From positions 3,264,001-3,328,000 of the forward strand of contig OZ243938.1 of assembly GCA_965214095.1 (NCBI GenBank): a DNA stretch of 64,000 bases, written 5' to 3'. The notes beneath the pieces are model-generated. The model saw only the letters and a program-made list of their open reading frames with translations, did not search any database and was not told the origin of the DNA. Of this stretch, positions 8,630 through 18,612 are shown one piece after another. This DNA is from Candidatus Poribacteria bacterium. Its GTDB lineage: Bacteria > Poribacteria > WGA-4E > WGA-3G. The translations under genes and the position numbers were made by a program. How positions within the stretch are numbered: position 1 is the first letter of the stretch; each line of letters starts with the position of its first letter.

Positions 8630-11629
8630 ATGAATAACGACGATGTTGCACTTATCAGACAAATTCTTGATGGTGACGAAATCGCTTTCGCTGAACTTGT
8701 GAAAAAGTATCAAAAACAGGTTCACGTGTTAGCATGGCGAAAGATTGGTGACTTTCATATCGCTGAGGACATTACCCAAGACACCTTCCTGAAAGTGTAT
8801 CAGAGACTACATACCTTGAAAGATCCAAACCTATTTTCTGGGTGGCTCTATGTAATTACGACACGTTTATGTGCTACATGGCTACGGAGAAATAGAATTC
8901 AAACGCAACCTTTGGAGGATGTAGAGGAAAGCATGATACAGAGAGATGCATATTCACAACATGTCGCTGATGAACGCGCTAAAACAACCTCTCAGACACA
9001 ACGGGAAGTAGTCAAGAGACTTCTCGCGAAATTGAAAGAGAGTGAACGTACGGTGATGACGCTCTACTACCTCGGTGAAATGACAGTTGAAGAGATTAGC
9101 AAGTTCTTAGGTGTTTCTGCAGGAACGATAAAAAGCCGGCTTCAACGAGCACGTAACCGTTTACAAAAGGAAGAAACAATGATTAGAGAAGCACTCGACC
9201 ATTTCAAACTCTCACCGAACTTAACTGAAAACATCATGCAAGAAGTTTCGCGCCTCAGACCTACACCTTCCACCAGCAAACCTATAGTGCCGTGGGCAGT
9301 AGCTGCTGCAAGTGCAGTCTTAATTGTATTGATGCTTGGCATAGGCAGTCAACAATTACTCCGTTTTCAAAAACCTTTTTCATTAGATGCACAGGCAGAG
9401 ATGACAGTTGAACTTGTTGACACACCAATTGTGCTAAATATAGACACAAACCCAGATGTCCAAAATCGATTGGGCAATACAAATCCGTTGGGTATAAGTG
9501 AGAATGAAGGTCAGAATCCAGATGACATCTTGTGGGCAGTCGCGCAGGGGGAAGGAAAAGATGTTTCTGCTCCTAAACAACAGTGGATCCTGTCCGAACC
9601 TATCTATGGAAGCATAGTACAAGGTTTATGTGCTACCGAAGAAGAACTTTACGCTGTTAATTTTGCACACATATACAAATGGCAAGACGATAGCACGGGA
9701 TGGCAACAAGTTAGTGGTAACATCAGCGAAGTCAATGGTAAACAGATTGAAATCAATAGTGCAAGTAAAGTTCCGATAGCAAAGTTAGACAATACTCTTT
9801 ATATTGTTTTAGAAAATTTATTCTTAGCTTCAGAAGATGATGGGAAGAACTGGAAGATTGTTCATTCATGGACAGATGATTATCGTCTGCCTAACAAATT
9901 AGTGCTTACAGATCAAGAGTTTTGTGTCCAATTTAACAATGCCGTTTTCCGTTCAGAGGATAGAGGCATGACATGGAAGAATGTGAACGTTGATATATTT
10001 CAAGGTTCCAACTTTCTTATAGCAATACAGAACTCAGTATATGCTGGATCAAACACTGGCTTGTATCGCTGGAATACCGACAGATGGCAACGTATAAAAC
10101 TACCCATACCTGAAGCAATATTGGTCACTGATGCAGCAGCTACCAAAGATCGACTGTACGTAATGGCATCATTAGGTACTGACTTTTTTGATGATAAAGC
10201 AGCACGGAAGGGACAACAGCGGACTTGGTGGATATTCAGATCAACAGACCTCGGAAATTCATGGAAAGATATTACACCGACAAATGCCTGGCCCGTAAAG
10301 GGGGTACCACCCGATATCAATATGGTTGCTGCTGGTGAAACTATTCTGTTAATGGGACAAGGTCTGGTGCGTTCTACCGATGCAGGCGATACTTGGATGC
10401 CACTACAAGCCTCTACCACCTTCCCTATGAAAGTTTCCTCTGATAATACTCCTGTAGCAGTAAATGAAGGCACTTTTTTTGCTTCAAGGGGAGGTTTACA
10501 CCGGTCCACTGATGCTGGTCAATCATGGGAAAAAGTAAGAATCGCTCAGGATAAGATGAGATATGTTATAGAAAACCTAATCAAATTCAATAAGAACAGA
10601 AAAAGTCAAAACAGGCTACCTACTCTCTACGGGATAGATGTGGCAAGGCTTGTAAAAACAACTGACCAAGGTAAGTCTTGGAACGTTGTTCAGGTTGAAA
10701 TGCCTATGACGATACCTGTAAGAGAAGACCAACCATGGATTAATCAACTAACTACAACTGGTGATGTAATCTATGCAAGAGGCCACAGTGATTACCCTAT
10801 CGGAGAATTGCAATACTATCGTGTATCCGAAGATGGGAACACATTAGTTCCTATTCAAGGAATTCCTACCTTTGACTCAAGGAGATTAAGAGACCATCTA
10901 CATGAATCAAAAGATCTCTCTATAGAAACGCTGCAGGAAGAGTTTTCTGGAGCAACTCAATTCTTCAATGCGTTGCTTATATCAGATCCTCAACAACAGG
11001 ATATACTCATACAATCAGGACTTAACGGAACTTTTGCTGTCAGTAATGATATCATCTATATGGAGTACAACTTTAAACTCTTTCGGTGGGAACCAGGAGA
11101 TACAGAATGGCACGACATAAGGCAAGAAGAAACCTCAATCATCGCATGGCAAAATCTCCAACTCGCTGTCTCAGGAGATACAGTCTACGTCGGAAAACGT
11201 GATGGTCACCTTGTCGTATCGTTTGATAGGGGAGATCGCTGGATTGATCTTACACCAGCCCTGCCATTTACTGTTACAACTTTCAAAGAGATTGTGGTTG
11301 CTGGATCCACCGTGTATGTTGCAACGGACGCAGGCCTCATTAAATCTGATGATGGCAAAAATTGGCATATCCTTACTGATTCAAAGGGAACAAATCTCAT
11401 CATGGAACAGTTAGCAGTTGATGGCACAACGCTTTACGGTATTACCCAACAAACAGATCTATATATTTTGGAAAGTGATACTGACACTTGGAAACAGATC
11501 ATCACGGATATTCCGGAAGGTGCAATAATGGATGTAACGGCTAACGGAACATCTCTTATTGTTGCTGGCAGCAATTTATACTTGGGTACAGTATTTGAAG
11601 GTATACTGCATTTAACTCTTGAAGAATAA
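8630..11629 (+). CDS. ECF sigma-TM-Asp-box beta-propeller (array copy 3)
   Basis: sigma2/sigma4 motifs (GVSAGTIKSRLQRAR), TM helix, SxDxGxxW repeats; GGAGA RBS. Confidence 0.92.
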   Translation: MNNDDVALIRQILDGDEIAFAELVKKYQKQVHVLAWRKIGDFHIAEDITQDTFLKVYQRLHTLKDPNLFSGWLYVITTRLCATWLRRNRIQTQPLEDVEESMIQRDAYSQHVADERAKTTSQTQREVVKRLLAKLKESERTVMTLYYLGEMTVEEISKFLGVSAGTIKSRLQRARNRLQKEETMIREALDHFKLSPNLTENIMQEVSRLRPTPSTSKPIVPWAVAAASAVLIVLMLGIGSQQLLRFQKPFSLDAQAEMTVELVDTPIVLNIDTNPDVQNRLGNTNPLGISENEGQNPDDILWAVAQGEGKDVSAPKQQWILSEPIYGSIVQGLCATEEELYAVNFAHIYKWQDDSTGWQQVSGNISEVNGKQIEINSASKVPIAKLDNTLYIVLENLFLASEDDGKNWKIVHSWTDDYRLPNKLVLTDQEFCVQFNNAVFRSEDRGMTWKNVNVDIFQGSNFLIAIQNSVYAGSNTGLYRWNTDRWQRIKLPIPEAILVTDAAATKDRLYVMASLGTDFFDDKAARKGQQRTWWIFRSTDLGNSWKDITPTNAWPVKGVPPDINMVAAGETILLMGQGLVRSTDAGDTWMPLQASTTFPMKVSSDNTPVAVNEGTFFASRGGLHRSTDAGQSWEKVRIAQDKMRYVIENLIKFNKNRKSQNRLPTLYGIDVARLVKTTDQGKSWNVVQVEMPMTIPVREDQPWINQLTTTGDVIYARGHSDYPIGELQYYRVSEDGNTLVPIQGIPTFDSRRLRDHLHESKDLSIETLQEEFSGATQFFNALLISDPQQQDILIQSGLNGTFAVSNDIIYMEYNFKLFRWEPGDTEWHDIRQEETSIIAWQNLQLAVSGDTVYVGKRDGHLVVSFDRGDRWIDLTPALPFTVTTFKEIVVAGSTVYVATDAGLIKSDDGKNWHILTDSKGTNLIMEQLAVDGTTLYGITQQTDLYILESDTDTWKQIITDIPEGAIMDVTANGTSLIVAGSNLYLGTVFEGILHLTLEE

Positions 11630-11705
11630 CGAATCTTTCATGACGGCACAGCCTGATGTCCTTTTCCTGTTTTTCCTCAAATATTTCTTTCTTTTGCAGA
11701 ATTTG

Positions 11706-11733
11706 GCAACCATTTTGCATCTATCTTGCGTCA
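11706..11733 (+). promoter_or_regulatory. Putative ECF promoter, class B (GCAAC-N19-GTCA)
   Basis: gcaaccattttgcatctatcttgcgtca. Confidence 0.65.
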
Positions 11734-11783
11734 CTATAGGTTGATATATCAAAAACCCTCATATATTAGACAGGATGTATCTG

Positions 11784-14700
11784 ATGAACAACGATGATGT
11801 AACCCTTATTCAACGCATTCTCGCTGATGATGAAGCTGCTTTTGCAGAGCTTGTGAAGAAATATCAGAAAGCGGTGCATACTCTTGCTTGGCGAAAGATT
11901 GACGATTTTCACATTGCAGAGGACATCACACAAGATGCCTTCCTGAAAGTGTATCAGAGACTCCATACACTAAAAGATCCGAAGCAGTTCTCTGGATGGC
12001 TCTATGTGATTACTTCAAACTTATGTGCCACATGGCTTCGCAAAAAACGGTTACGGACACAACCTATAGAGGACGAAGAGGCAGTTATGACTCCAAGAGA
12101 TGTATATTCTCAGCATGTCGTAGAAGAACGGAACCAGGCGGCTGCTGAAACACAACGTGAAGTGGTCAAGAAACTGCTGGCGAGGTTAAAAGAGAGTGAA
12201 CGGACAGTGATGTCACTTTATTATCTTGGAGAGATGAGGGTTGAAGAGATAAGCAGATTTCTGGGGGTATCCACAAGCACAATCAAAAGCCGTCTTAGAC
12301 GTGCACGGAACCGTTTACAGAAGGAGGAAACGATGATTAGAGAAGCCCTTGAACATTTCAAACTTTCACCGAACTTCACCGAAAATATCATGCAAGAAAT
12401 ATCACATCTCAAACCTACACCTTCCACCAGCAAACCCCTCGTACCGTGGACAGTTGCTGCTTCAAGTGCAATCCTAATAGTGTTGATGCTTGGCATAGGC
12501 AGTCAGAATTTAGTTCGTTTTCAGAAACCTTATTCATTAGATGCACAAGCAGAGATGACGGTTGAACTTGTTGACACACCAATTGTGCTAAATATAGACG
12601 CGAAGCCAGATGTTAGAAATCAATTGGGCAGTATAAATCCTGCTGGTGATAGTGAAAATGAAGGTCAGAAACCAGATGAAGTCCTGTTAGCTGCCGCAGA
12701 AACCGAGGATGAGAACAAGGTATCCGTTCCCAAACAGCGGTGGATTCAGTCTGAACCTGTCAAAGGAAGTGATGTAGATGCTTTATCTGTAACATCTAAT
12801 GGTGAACTATACTCAGTTGCTAACAGGCATATTTACAAAATTGAATCCGATGGGGAAGCGTGGCAACAGATCGCAAATATTGATACACTGGATGTTAAGT
12901 ATGGGAGTTCTGCTTTTATCAAAGAGTGGGACAATATGCTCTATCTGTTATTAGATTCTACAATACTTACTTCAAAAGATGACGGTAAGACATGGGAGTT
13001 AGTTAACACACTGCTAACAGATTCTACATTTGCTCTTGATTTCATACTAACTAACCAAGCTTTTTATATCATTTTTTCTAATTACACTGCTTTTCGGTCT
13101 GAAGATAAGGGTGTAACATGGGAGGCAATGAACGTCGATTTTCCGCAGAACCCCAACTCTATAGTAGTGATTCAAGACACAATGTTTACTGGTACATTTA
13201 ATGGACTCTACCGATTAAAGGAAGACAACTGGGTACCAATGAAACTCCCTGGATCTGTTAGTGCAATTCTCTCAGTTGCTGGATCTGATGGGAAGATTTA
13301 TGTTGCGGCAGAGTTTAGCAAGGACGTGACTAGTTCTCAAAAAGTTCGTCAGGGGTTGGCACGGGGCTGGTGGATATTTCGCTCAACAGATCTCGGTGAT
13401 TCATGGGACGATATAACGCCGAAAAACGCATGGCCTGTAATGGGGTTGCCACCTAAAATCAAACTCGTTGCTGTCGGTGAAACACTCTTAGCAATGGAAC
13501 AGGGAATGGTTCGATCGACCGATGCAGGAAACACATGGCAGCCAAGACAACTACCTGGCACCTCACCTTCAATGGATAATAGACTCAGTTATGTTGCTAC
13601 GGTGAACGACAGATCCATTTATGTTGGCAGCAAAAAGGACGGCCTTTACCGCTCCACTGATGGCGGTATATCCTGGGACCCAGTAAATATTAATGGACGA
13701 AACTGGAAAATAATAACAAATTTAATTACGGTTGAAGGAAACAATAAAACACCAAATATGCCGTCCATGTTGTATGCAGAATTCGCAGGAGATATTGTAA
13801 AAACTACTGACAAGGGCAAATCTTGGAGAAGAATCCGGATGGGAATACCTATGACAGCTCCTGTTAGAGAAGTTCCGCCGTATTTTAGTCGGCTAGGTGA
13901 ATTCGGTGGTACCCTCTATGCCAAAACAGATGGTTGGCGCAGCTTTAGAAGCGAATATAAAACAGGTTTATATCGCATCTCTGAAGATGGAAACTCAGTC
14001 ATGTCTATACAAGGCATGCCTACCTTTAACTCAAGCATGTTGAAACATCTATGGAAGAACGGAAGAAGGGGATCTTTAGATGTGTCAGATAAGTCATTCA
14101 TTGAACAGTTGAATGAGAATTTCGTTGGGGCAGACCAGTTCTTTAAAACGTTGGCACAGGAGAAAACCCTAACGCAAAACGAACTTGATCAGGAACAACT
14201 ATATGAGGATCAGGAACGACTCATACTGGAAGGTTTATTAGACGGTGCTTTTGCTGTCAGCGGCGACACGTTTTACTTTGAATACAACTTTAAACTCTTC
14301 CGATGGAAGTCAGGTGAAACAACGTGGTACGACACGGGTGTACAGGAGACGGGTGAACTCCGTTATTTTGAAGCTGCAAAGGCATTTGAAAGAGAGGGAC
14401 TCTCAAATGAAAAGATTGGCGAAATTATTAGGGCTTGGCAATTCGGGTTCAAACTTGCCGTTTCAGGTAACACTGTCTATGTCGGCAAACGGGATGGCAC
14501 CCTCTTACAATCATTTGATGCAGGAACTAATTGGGTTGATCTCACGCCTGTACTACCATTCCCAGTAAAAGCATTCAAAGATATCGTGATTGTTAATGAT
14601 ACAGTGTATGTAGCAACAGATGCAGGTGTCACCACATCAGATCGTGGAAATAATTGGGGTGTTATTACCGATTCAGAAGGCACAAATCTCAATATGGACA

Positions 14701-14891
14701 TACTGACTGCTGATGGCACAAAACTCTATGGCGTTACCAAAGATACTGGCATTTATCGTTTGGAAAATGATGCATGGTATCAGATTGTTTCAGAGATTCC
14801 AGATAACATAAATTCTCTCGCTGTTGATGGGAATACCTTATTCGTGGGAACACAAGACCGCGGTATGCTTCATTTCACTCTTGAAGAATAA
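11784..14891 (+). CDS. ECF sigma-TM-Asp-box beta-propeller (array copy 4)
   Basis: Same architecture. Start set at MNNDD (11784) by alignment with copy 3; the ORF track opens at 11775. Confidence 0.92.
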   Translation: MNNDDVTLIQRILADDEAAFAELVKKYQKAVHTLAWRKIDDFHIAEDITQDAFLKVYQRLHTLKDPKQFSGWLYVITSNLCATWLRKKRLRTQPIEDEEAVMTPRDVYSQHVVEERNQAAAETQREVVKKLLARLKESERTVMSLYYLGEMRVEEISRFLGVSTSTIKSRLRRARNRLQKEETMIREALEHFKLSPNFTENIMQEISHLKPTPSTSKPLVPWTVAASSAILIVLMLGIGSQNLVRFQKPYSLDAQAEMTVELVDTPIVLNIDAKPDVRNQLGSINPAGDSENEGQKPDEVLLAAAETEDENKVSVPKQRWIQSEPVKGSDVDALSVTSNGELYSVANRHIYKIESDGEAWQQIANIDTLDVKYGSSAFIKEWDNMLYLLLDSTILTSKDDGKTWELVNTLLTDSTFALDFILTNQAFYIIFSNYTAFRSEDKGVTWEAMNVDFPQNPNSIVVIQDTMFTGTFNGLYRLKEDNWVPMKLPGSVSAILSVAGSDGKIYVAAEFSKDVTSSQKVRQGLARGWWIFRSTDLGDSWDDITPKNAWPVMGLPPKIKLVAVGETLLAMEQGMVRSTDAGNTWQPRQLPGTSPSMDNRLSYVATVNDRSIYVGSKKDGLYRSTDGGISWDPVNINGRNWKIITNLITVEGNNKTPNMPSMLYAEFAGDIVKTTDKGKSWRRIRMGIPMTAPVREVPPYFSRLGEFGGTLYAKTDGWRSFRSEYKTGLYRISEDGNSVMSIQGMPTFNSSMLKHLWKNGRRGSLDVSDKSFIEQLNENFVGADQFFKTLAQEKTLTQNELDQEQLYEDQERLILEGLLDGAFAVSGDTFYFEYNFKLFRWKSGETTWYDTGVQETGELRYFEAAKAFEREGLSNEKIGEIIRAWQFGFKLAVSGNTVYVGKRDGTLLQSFDAGTNWVDLTPVLPFPVKAFKDIVIVNDTVYVATDAGVTTSDRGNNWGVITDSEGTNLNMDILTADGTKLYGVTKDTGIYRLENDAWYQIVSEIPDNINSLAVDGNTLFVGTQDRGMLHFTLEE

Positions 14892-14990
14892 TATACCATA
14901 AGTGAGCGGTACCGAATGCCTCTACTCCATCCAATTATTTTAAATATCCTCACTAAACGTCGTATCCTCTGACAACATAGAACTTATATG

Positions 14991-15048
14991 AATATGAAAA
15001 GAGAGGATAATGGTATAATATCTGAACATTATACTCTCTTTTCATATT
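14991..15048 (+). promoter_or_regulatory. Long inverted repeat enclosing an extended -10 (TGGTATAAT)
   Basis: aatatgaaaagagaggataatg...cattatactctcttttcatatt; homologous to 2096-2137. Confidence 0.5.
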
Positions 15049-15059
15049 CTTTAAAAACT

Positions 15060-15087
15060 TGAGACTTTTTCTCCGCAAGTCGCGTCA
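15060..15087 (+). promoter_or_regulatory. Putative ECF promoter, class A (TGAGAC-N18-GTCA)
   Basis: Matches the copy-1 promoter. Confidence 0.65.
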
Positions 15088-15133
15088 CTATACGTCAATG
15101 TGAACGATTAAGTCCCTTTGTTAGAGGTATCTA

Positions 15134-15440
15134 GTCATAGTACCCAAACCTAAAGGGTTGGGCTTGTGCTTCATAGACGTTGCGTTTCACCAAAAGGATC
15201 ATCCGTCTTATTTCGTCTCCACAGTGGGTTCTAAGCAACCTCACTTGCTCTAAAAGAGCAACTTATTATTTGAGAGTGTGTTTTTCGGACTGGGTTTTTT
15301 ACCTCCCATGTCCCTACCACTCAATTGTTATGTGTCTATGGTAGTGAGAGCGTATATGTTTTTCAGTTTTATGCTCCGCAACATATAGCACCAAAGACTG
15401 CGGACAACCTCACACACGACTGCGTGTGATTGAACTTTCC
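15134..15440 (-). ncRNA. Putative stand-alone structured RNA ending in a TnpB omegaRNA/reRNA-like scaffold
   Basis: Minus-strand 3' part CTGTGGAGAC..TAAGAC..GTCTATGAAGCACAAGCCCAACCCTTTAGGTTTGGGTACTATGAC resembles IS605/tnpB right ends. Several hairpins lie upstream, and there is a dedicated promoter. Confidence 0.55.
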
Positions 15441-15446
15441 GAATAT

Positions 15447-15475
15447 ATTTTAGCAAGTTTGACATTTATTGTCAA
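15447..15475 (-). promoter_or_regulatory. sigma70 promoter inside the element, firing leftwards
   Basis: TTGACA-N17-TAAAAT on the minus strand. Confidence 0.7.
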
Positions 15476-15539
15476 GAAAAACATAGGAGCGGGCAGGAGA
15501 CCCAAACCTAAAGGATTGGGTCTCCTGCCCGAAGATTAG

Positions 15540-18530
15540 ATGAAAAATGCTGATGTTGAACTCATCCAACGTGTCCTTGATGGCGATGATACTGCGTTCT
15601 CAGAGCTTGTGAGAAATTATAAGAAGTCAGTCCATGCGCTTGCATGGCGAAAAGTTCAAGACTTCCACATCGCAGAGGACATCACACAGGAAACATTTCT
15701 GAAGGCATATCAGAAGTTGTCAACTTTGAATGAATCACAGTCATTTGCAAGTTGGCTCTATGTGATAGCGGCGAATGAATGTAAGGCATGGCTTCGTCGG
15801 AAACGTATACGGACACAGTCTTTGGAAGATATCAATGATGCAGAGTTGGAACAAGCGACCTATTCCAACTATGTCATTAATGAAAAAGAACGGACATCAG
15901 TAGAAGCGCAGCGCGAAGTTGTCAAGAAGTTGCTTGCGAAGCTGCAGGAGAGTGACCGTACGGTCATAACGCTCTATTACCTCGGGGGAATGACGTATGA
16001 AGAAATCAGCAGATTCTTAGGTGTATCGGTCAGTGCGATCAAGAACCGCCTCTACCGAGCGCGCCAGTTTCTAAAAAAGGAGGAACCCATGATAAGAGAA
16101 GTTTTAGAGAATTACCAAATCACACCCAATTTCACTGAGAACATCATGCAAGAAATATCACGTCTCAAACCTACACCTTCCACCAGCAAACCGCTTGTGC
16201 CGTGGGCAATTGCTGCTACAAGTACAATCTTAATTATGTTGATGCTTGGCATAGGCAGCCAACAATTAGTGCGTTTTCAGCAACCTTTTACATTAGATGC
16301 GCAAGCAGATATGACGGTTGAACTTGTTGACACACCAATTGTGCTGAATCTGGATTCTGTGCCAGATGTTAGAAATAGACTGGGCAGTATAAATCCTGCT
16401 GGTGATAGTGAAAATGAAGGTCAGAAACCAGATGAAGTCCTGTTAGCTGCCGCAGAAACCGAGGATGAGGACAAGGTATCCACACCTAAACAGCAGTGGA
16501 TTCAGTCTGAACCTATTAAAGGTAGTCAAGTATATAGTCTAAAAGGCACCACGCAAGGTGATCTGTATGTTCTTGTGAGTAATAGAGGAACTCCAAACAT
16601 CCTCAAGTTAACATCGGATGGAAATACTTGGCAATCTATAGATGGTTACCCGTCAGGTACAGTTTGGGGATTTAACGCAGCTATGGTAGAGTGGAATAAT
16701 ACTTTTTACATTATACCATCTAACGAGCTCTTTGCATCAGAAGATGAAGGAAAGACTTGGAATTCACTTTACACGTGGTCTAAAGACCACAATGTGATTG
16801 ATCTTCTACCCATGGATAATGCATTCTACGCTGCATTTCAAGAAGGTATTTATAAGTCTGATGATTTAGGAAAGACGTGGAAAGCAATACAAGATGAGCA
16901 AATCAAGTATATCGAATCTCTAGTAAGAATCCAAAACACATTGTTTGTTGAAACATCCACCAAACTTTACCGATTGGATGACGATGGTTTGAACTCATTG
17001 GAATTTCCAGTACCTGTTAGGAGCATTATTTCAGTTGCAGGAACTGATGGAAAGCTTTATGTTGAAGTAACGTCTAATTCAGATCGTAGTTGGTGGATAT
17101 TCCGTTCAACTGATCTTGGGGATTCGTGGATAGATATAACACCGACAAACGCTTGGTCTATAGAAGGACAACCACCTTATTGCAAATTGATTGCATCTGA
17201 AGAAACCCTGTTGGTAATGGAACAGGGAATGGTTCGCTCAACTGATGGAGGGAATACATGGCTGCCTCCACAGTTACCAGGAACCACTCCTTCAATGAGT
17301 AGTTCATATAATGCAGTTGCTGTAAATCAAGACACCTTTTATGTTGGAAGTAGTGATGGCTTACATCATTCAACTAATAAGGGAAAATCGTGGGATTTAG
17401 TGAGAGTCGCTCCAGATATGAGAAGACGTGTAATGTTTAATCTAATCGCAACCAAAAATAGTGTCGATAGTCTAAACTTGATGCCGACACTCTATGGGAT
17501 AGTTGAAGTCGGAGAGATAACAAAAACTAATGATGATGGCAAGTCATGGGAGACTGTTCGTGTTGATACACCTATGTCAACATCAAACAGAGGAAACGTA
17601 CCAACAATAACCCAGATTGTTAAATCAGGCGATGATGTCTACGTTAAAGGAGGATCTCTTGGTGAGGGAAAGGTAGGTCATTACATAGTATCTGACAACG
17701 GGAACACTTTAGTCCCAATTCAGGACATGCCAACTTTCAGTTCAACTGAATTAAGGATGCGTCTATTTACTTCTAAAGATCTTACGATAGGAGAGTTGCA
17801 AGAAGATTTCTCTGGTGCAAAAAATTTCTTCCAACAGATGCTTAATTCAGCACCTCAACAACTAATTAAGCTTGAAGAACTTGGACTTCGTGGCCCTTTT
17901 ACTGTCAGTGGTGACACATTCTATACGGAATACAACCTTAAACTCTTTAGATGGAATCCTGGAGATACAGAATGGTATGACACTGGTCAAGAAGACATTG
18001 GTGACTTTCCCTTGGATGAATTGTTCATAAGCACATTTAAGTCACACTTCATTGTTCCCAAACTTGCAGCTTATGACAACACAGTTTACTACGGAAAGCG
18101 GAATGGACAATTGGTAGTATCGTTTGATAAAGGTAATAATTGGGTTGATCTCACTCCAGGTCTACCCTATAAGGTAAAAACATATAATAGTATCGTGTTT
18201 GTGGGTTCCACAGTATATGTGGCAACAAATGCAGGTATCATTACATCAGATGATGGGAGAACGTGGAAAACTGTCACTGATTCTGGTAGATCTAATATCA
18301 TCATGGCGCATTTAGCTGTGGACGGTACAACACTCTATGGCATTACTAACACAACGAGTATCTACCGTTTAAATAGTGAAAGTGGTGCTTGGGAACAGGT
18401 TGTCACTAAGATACCAGAAATTAAAAATCTCAAAATAAGGGATTTCGTTACATCTTTCGCGGTTGCTGGAAGGACGTTGTATGTAAGTACTGAAGTAAAC
18501 GGAATGTTCCATTTTAACCTTGATGAATAA
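15540..18530 (+). CDS. ECF sigma-TM-Asp-box beta-propeller (array copy 5), separated from its RBS by the insertion
   Basis: Sigma domain very similar to copy 1; frame intact. Confidence 0.92.
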   Translation: MKNADVELIQRVLDGDDTAFSELVRNYKKSVHALAWRKVQDFHIAEDITQETFLKAYQKLSTLNESQSFASWLYVIAANECKAWLRRKRIRTQSLEDINDAELEQATYSNYVINEKERTSVEAQREVVKKLLAKLQESDRTVITLYYLGGMTYEEISRFLGVSVSAIKNRLYRARQFLKKEEPMIREVLENYQITPNFTENIMQEISRLKPTPSTSKPLVPWAIAATSTILIMLMLGIGSQQLVRFQQPFTLDAQADMTVELVDTPIVLNLDSVPDVRNRLGSINPAGDSENEGQKPDEVLLAAAETEDEDKVSTPKQQWIQSEPIKGSQVYSLKGTTQGDLYVLVSNRGTPNILKLTSDGNTWQSIDGYPSGTVWGFNAAMVEWNNTFYIIPSNELFASEDEGKTWNSLYTWSKDHNVIDLLPMDNAFYAAFQEGIYKSDDLGKTWKAIQDEQIKYIESLVRIQNTLFVETSTKLYRLDDDGLNSLEFPVPVRSIISVAGTDGKLYVEVTSNSDRSWWIFRSTDLGDSWIDITPTNAWSIEGQPPYCKLIASEETLLVMEQGMVRSTDGGNTWLPPQLPGTTPSMSSSYNAVAVNQDTFYVGSSDGLHHSTNKGKSWDLVRVAPDMRRRVMFNLIATKNSVDSLNLMPTLYGIVEVGEITKTNDDGKSWETVRVDTPMSTSNRGNVPTITQIVKSGDDVYVKGGSLGEGKVGHYIVSDNGNTLVPIQDMPTFSSTELRMRLFTSKDLTIGELQEDFSGAKNFFQQMLNSAPQQLIKLEELGLRGPFTVSGDTFYTEYNLKLFRWNPGDTEWYDTGQEDIGDFPLDELFISTFKSHFIVPKLAAYDNTVYYGKRNGQLVVSFDKGNNWVDLTPGLPYKVKTYNSIVFVGSTVYVATNAGIITSDDGRTWKTVTDSGRSNIIMAHLAVDGTTLYGITNTTSIYRLNSESGAWEQVVTKIPEIKNLKIRDFVTSFAVAGRTLYVSTEVNGMFHFNLDE

Positions 18531-18612
18531 AACCATTTTCTGGACGGTGTCAAACACCGTCCTTCTCATCTCCATCATCCCTTACCTCCAAATTTCTCTT
18601 TATGCAGAATTA

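Larger units (their letters stand above)
15134..15539 (-). mobile_element. Non-autonomous IS200/IS605-family element (PATE/MITE-like), 406 bp
   Basis: Related subterminal hairpins cccaaacctaaagggttggg (15143-15162) and cccaaacctaaaggattggg inside a longer stem (15490-15531). On the minus strand it abuts TTCAT and ends in TGAC. Removing it restores the 50-nt -10-to-ATG distance seen in copy 1. No ORF. Confidence 0.8.

Noticed and set aside
15134-15440. HEARO/IscB omegaRNA on the plus strand, or a group I intron (IStron)
   Set aside because: The plus-strand start resembles HEARO only through the shared end hairpin, and the internal promoter points the other way. I could not find a group I core, and the element is antisense to the host gene. 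Not fully excluded without a covariance-model search.
15459-15487. Outward plus-strand promoter from the element driving copy 5
   Set aside because: TTGACA is present, but the -10 position reads CATAGG, a poor match.
15132-15539. TAG target-site duplication (15132-15134 and 15537-15539) for the insertion
   Set aside because: Possible but less likely: the no-duplication boundaries reproduce copy-1 spacing exactly, there are no terminal inverted repeats, and the hairpin ends fit IS200/IS605.
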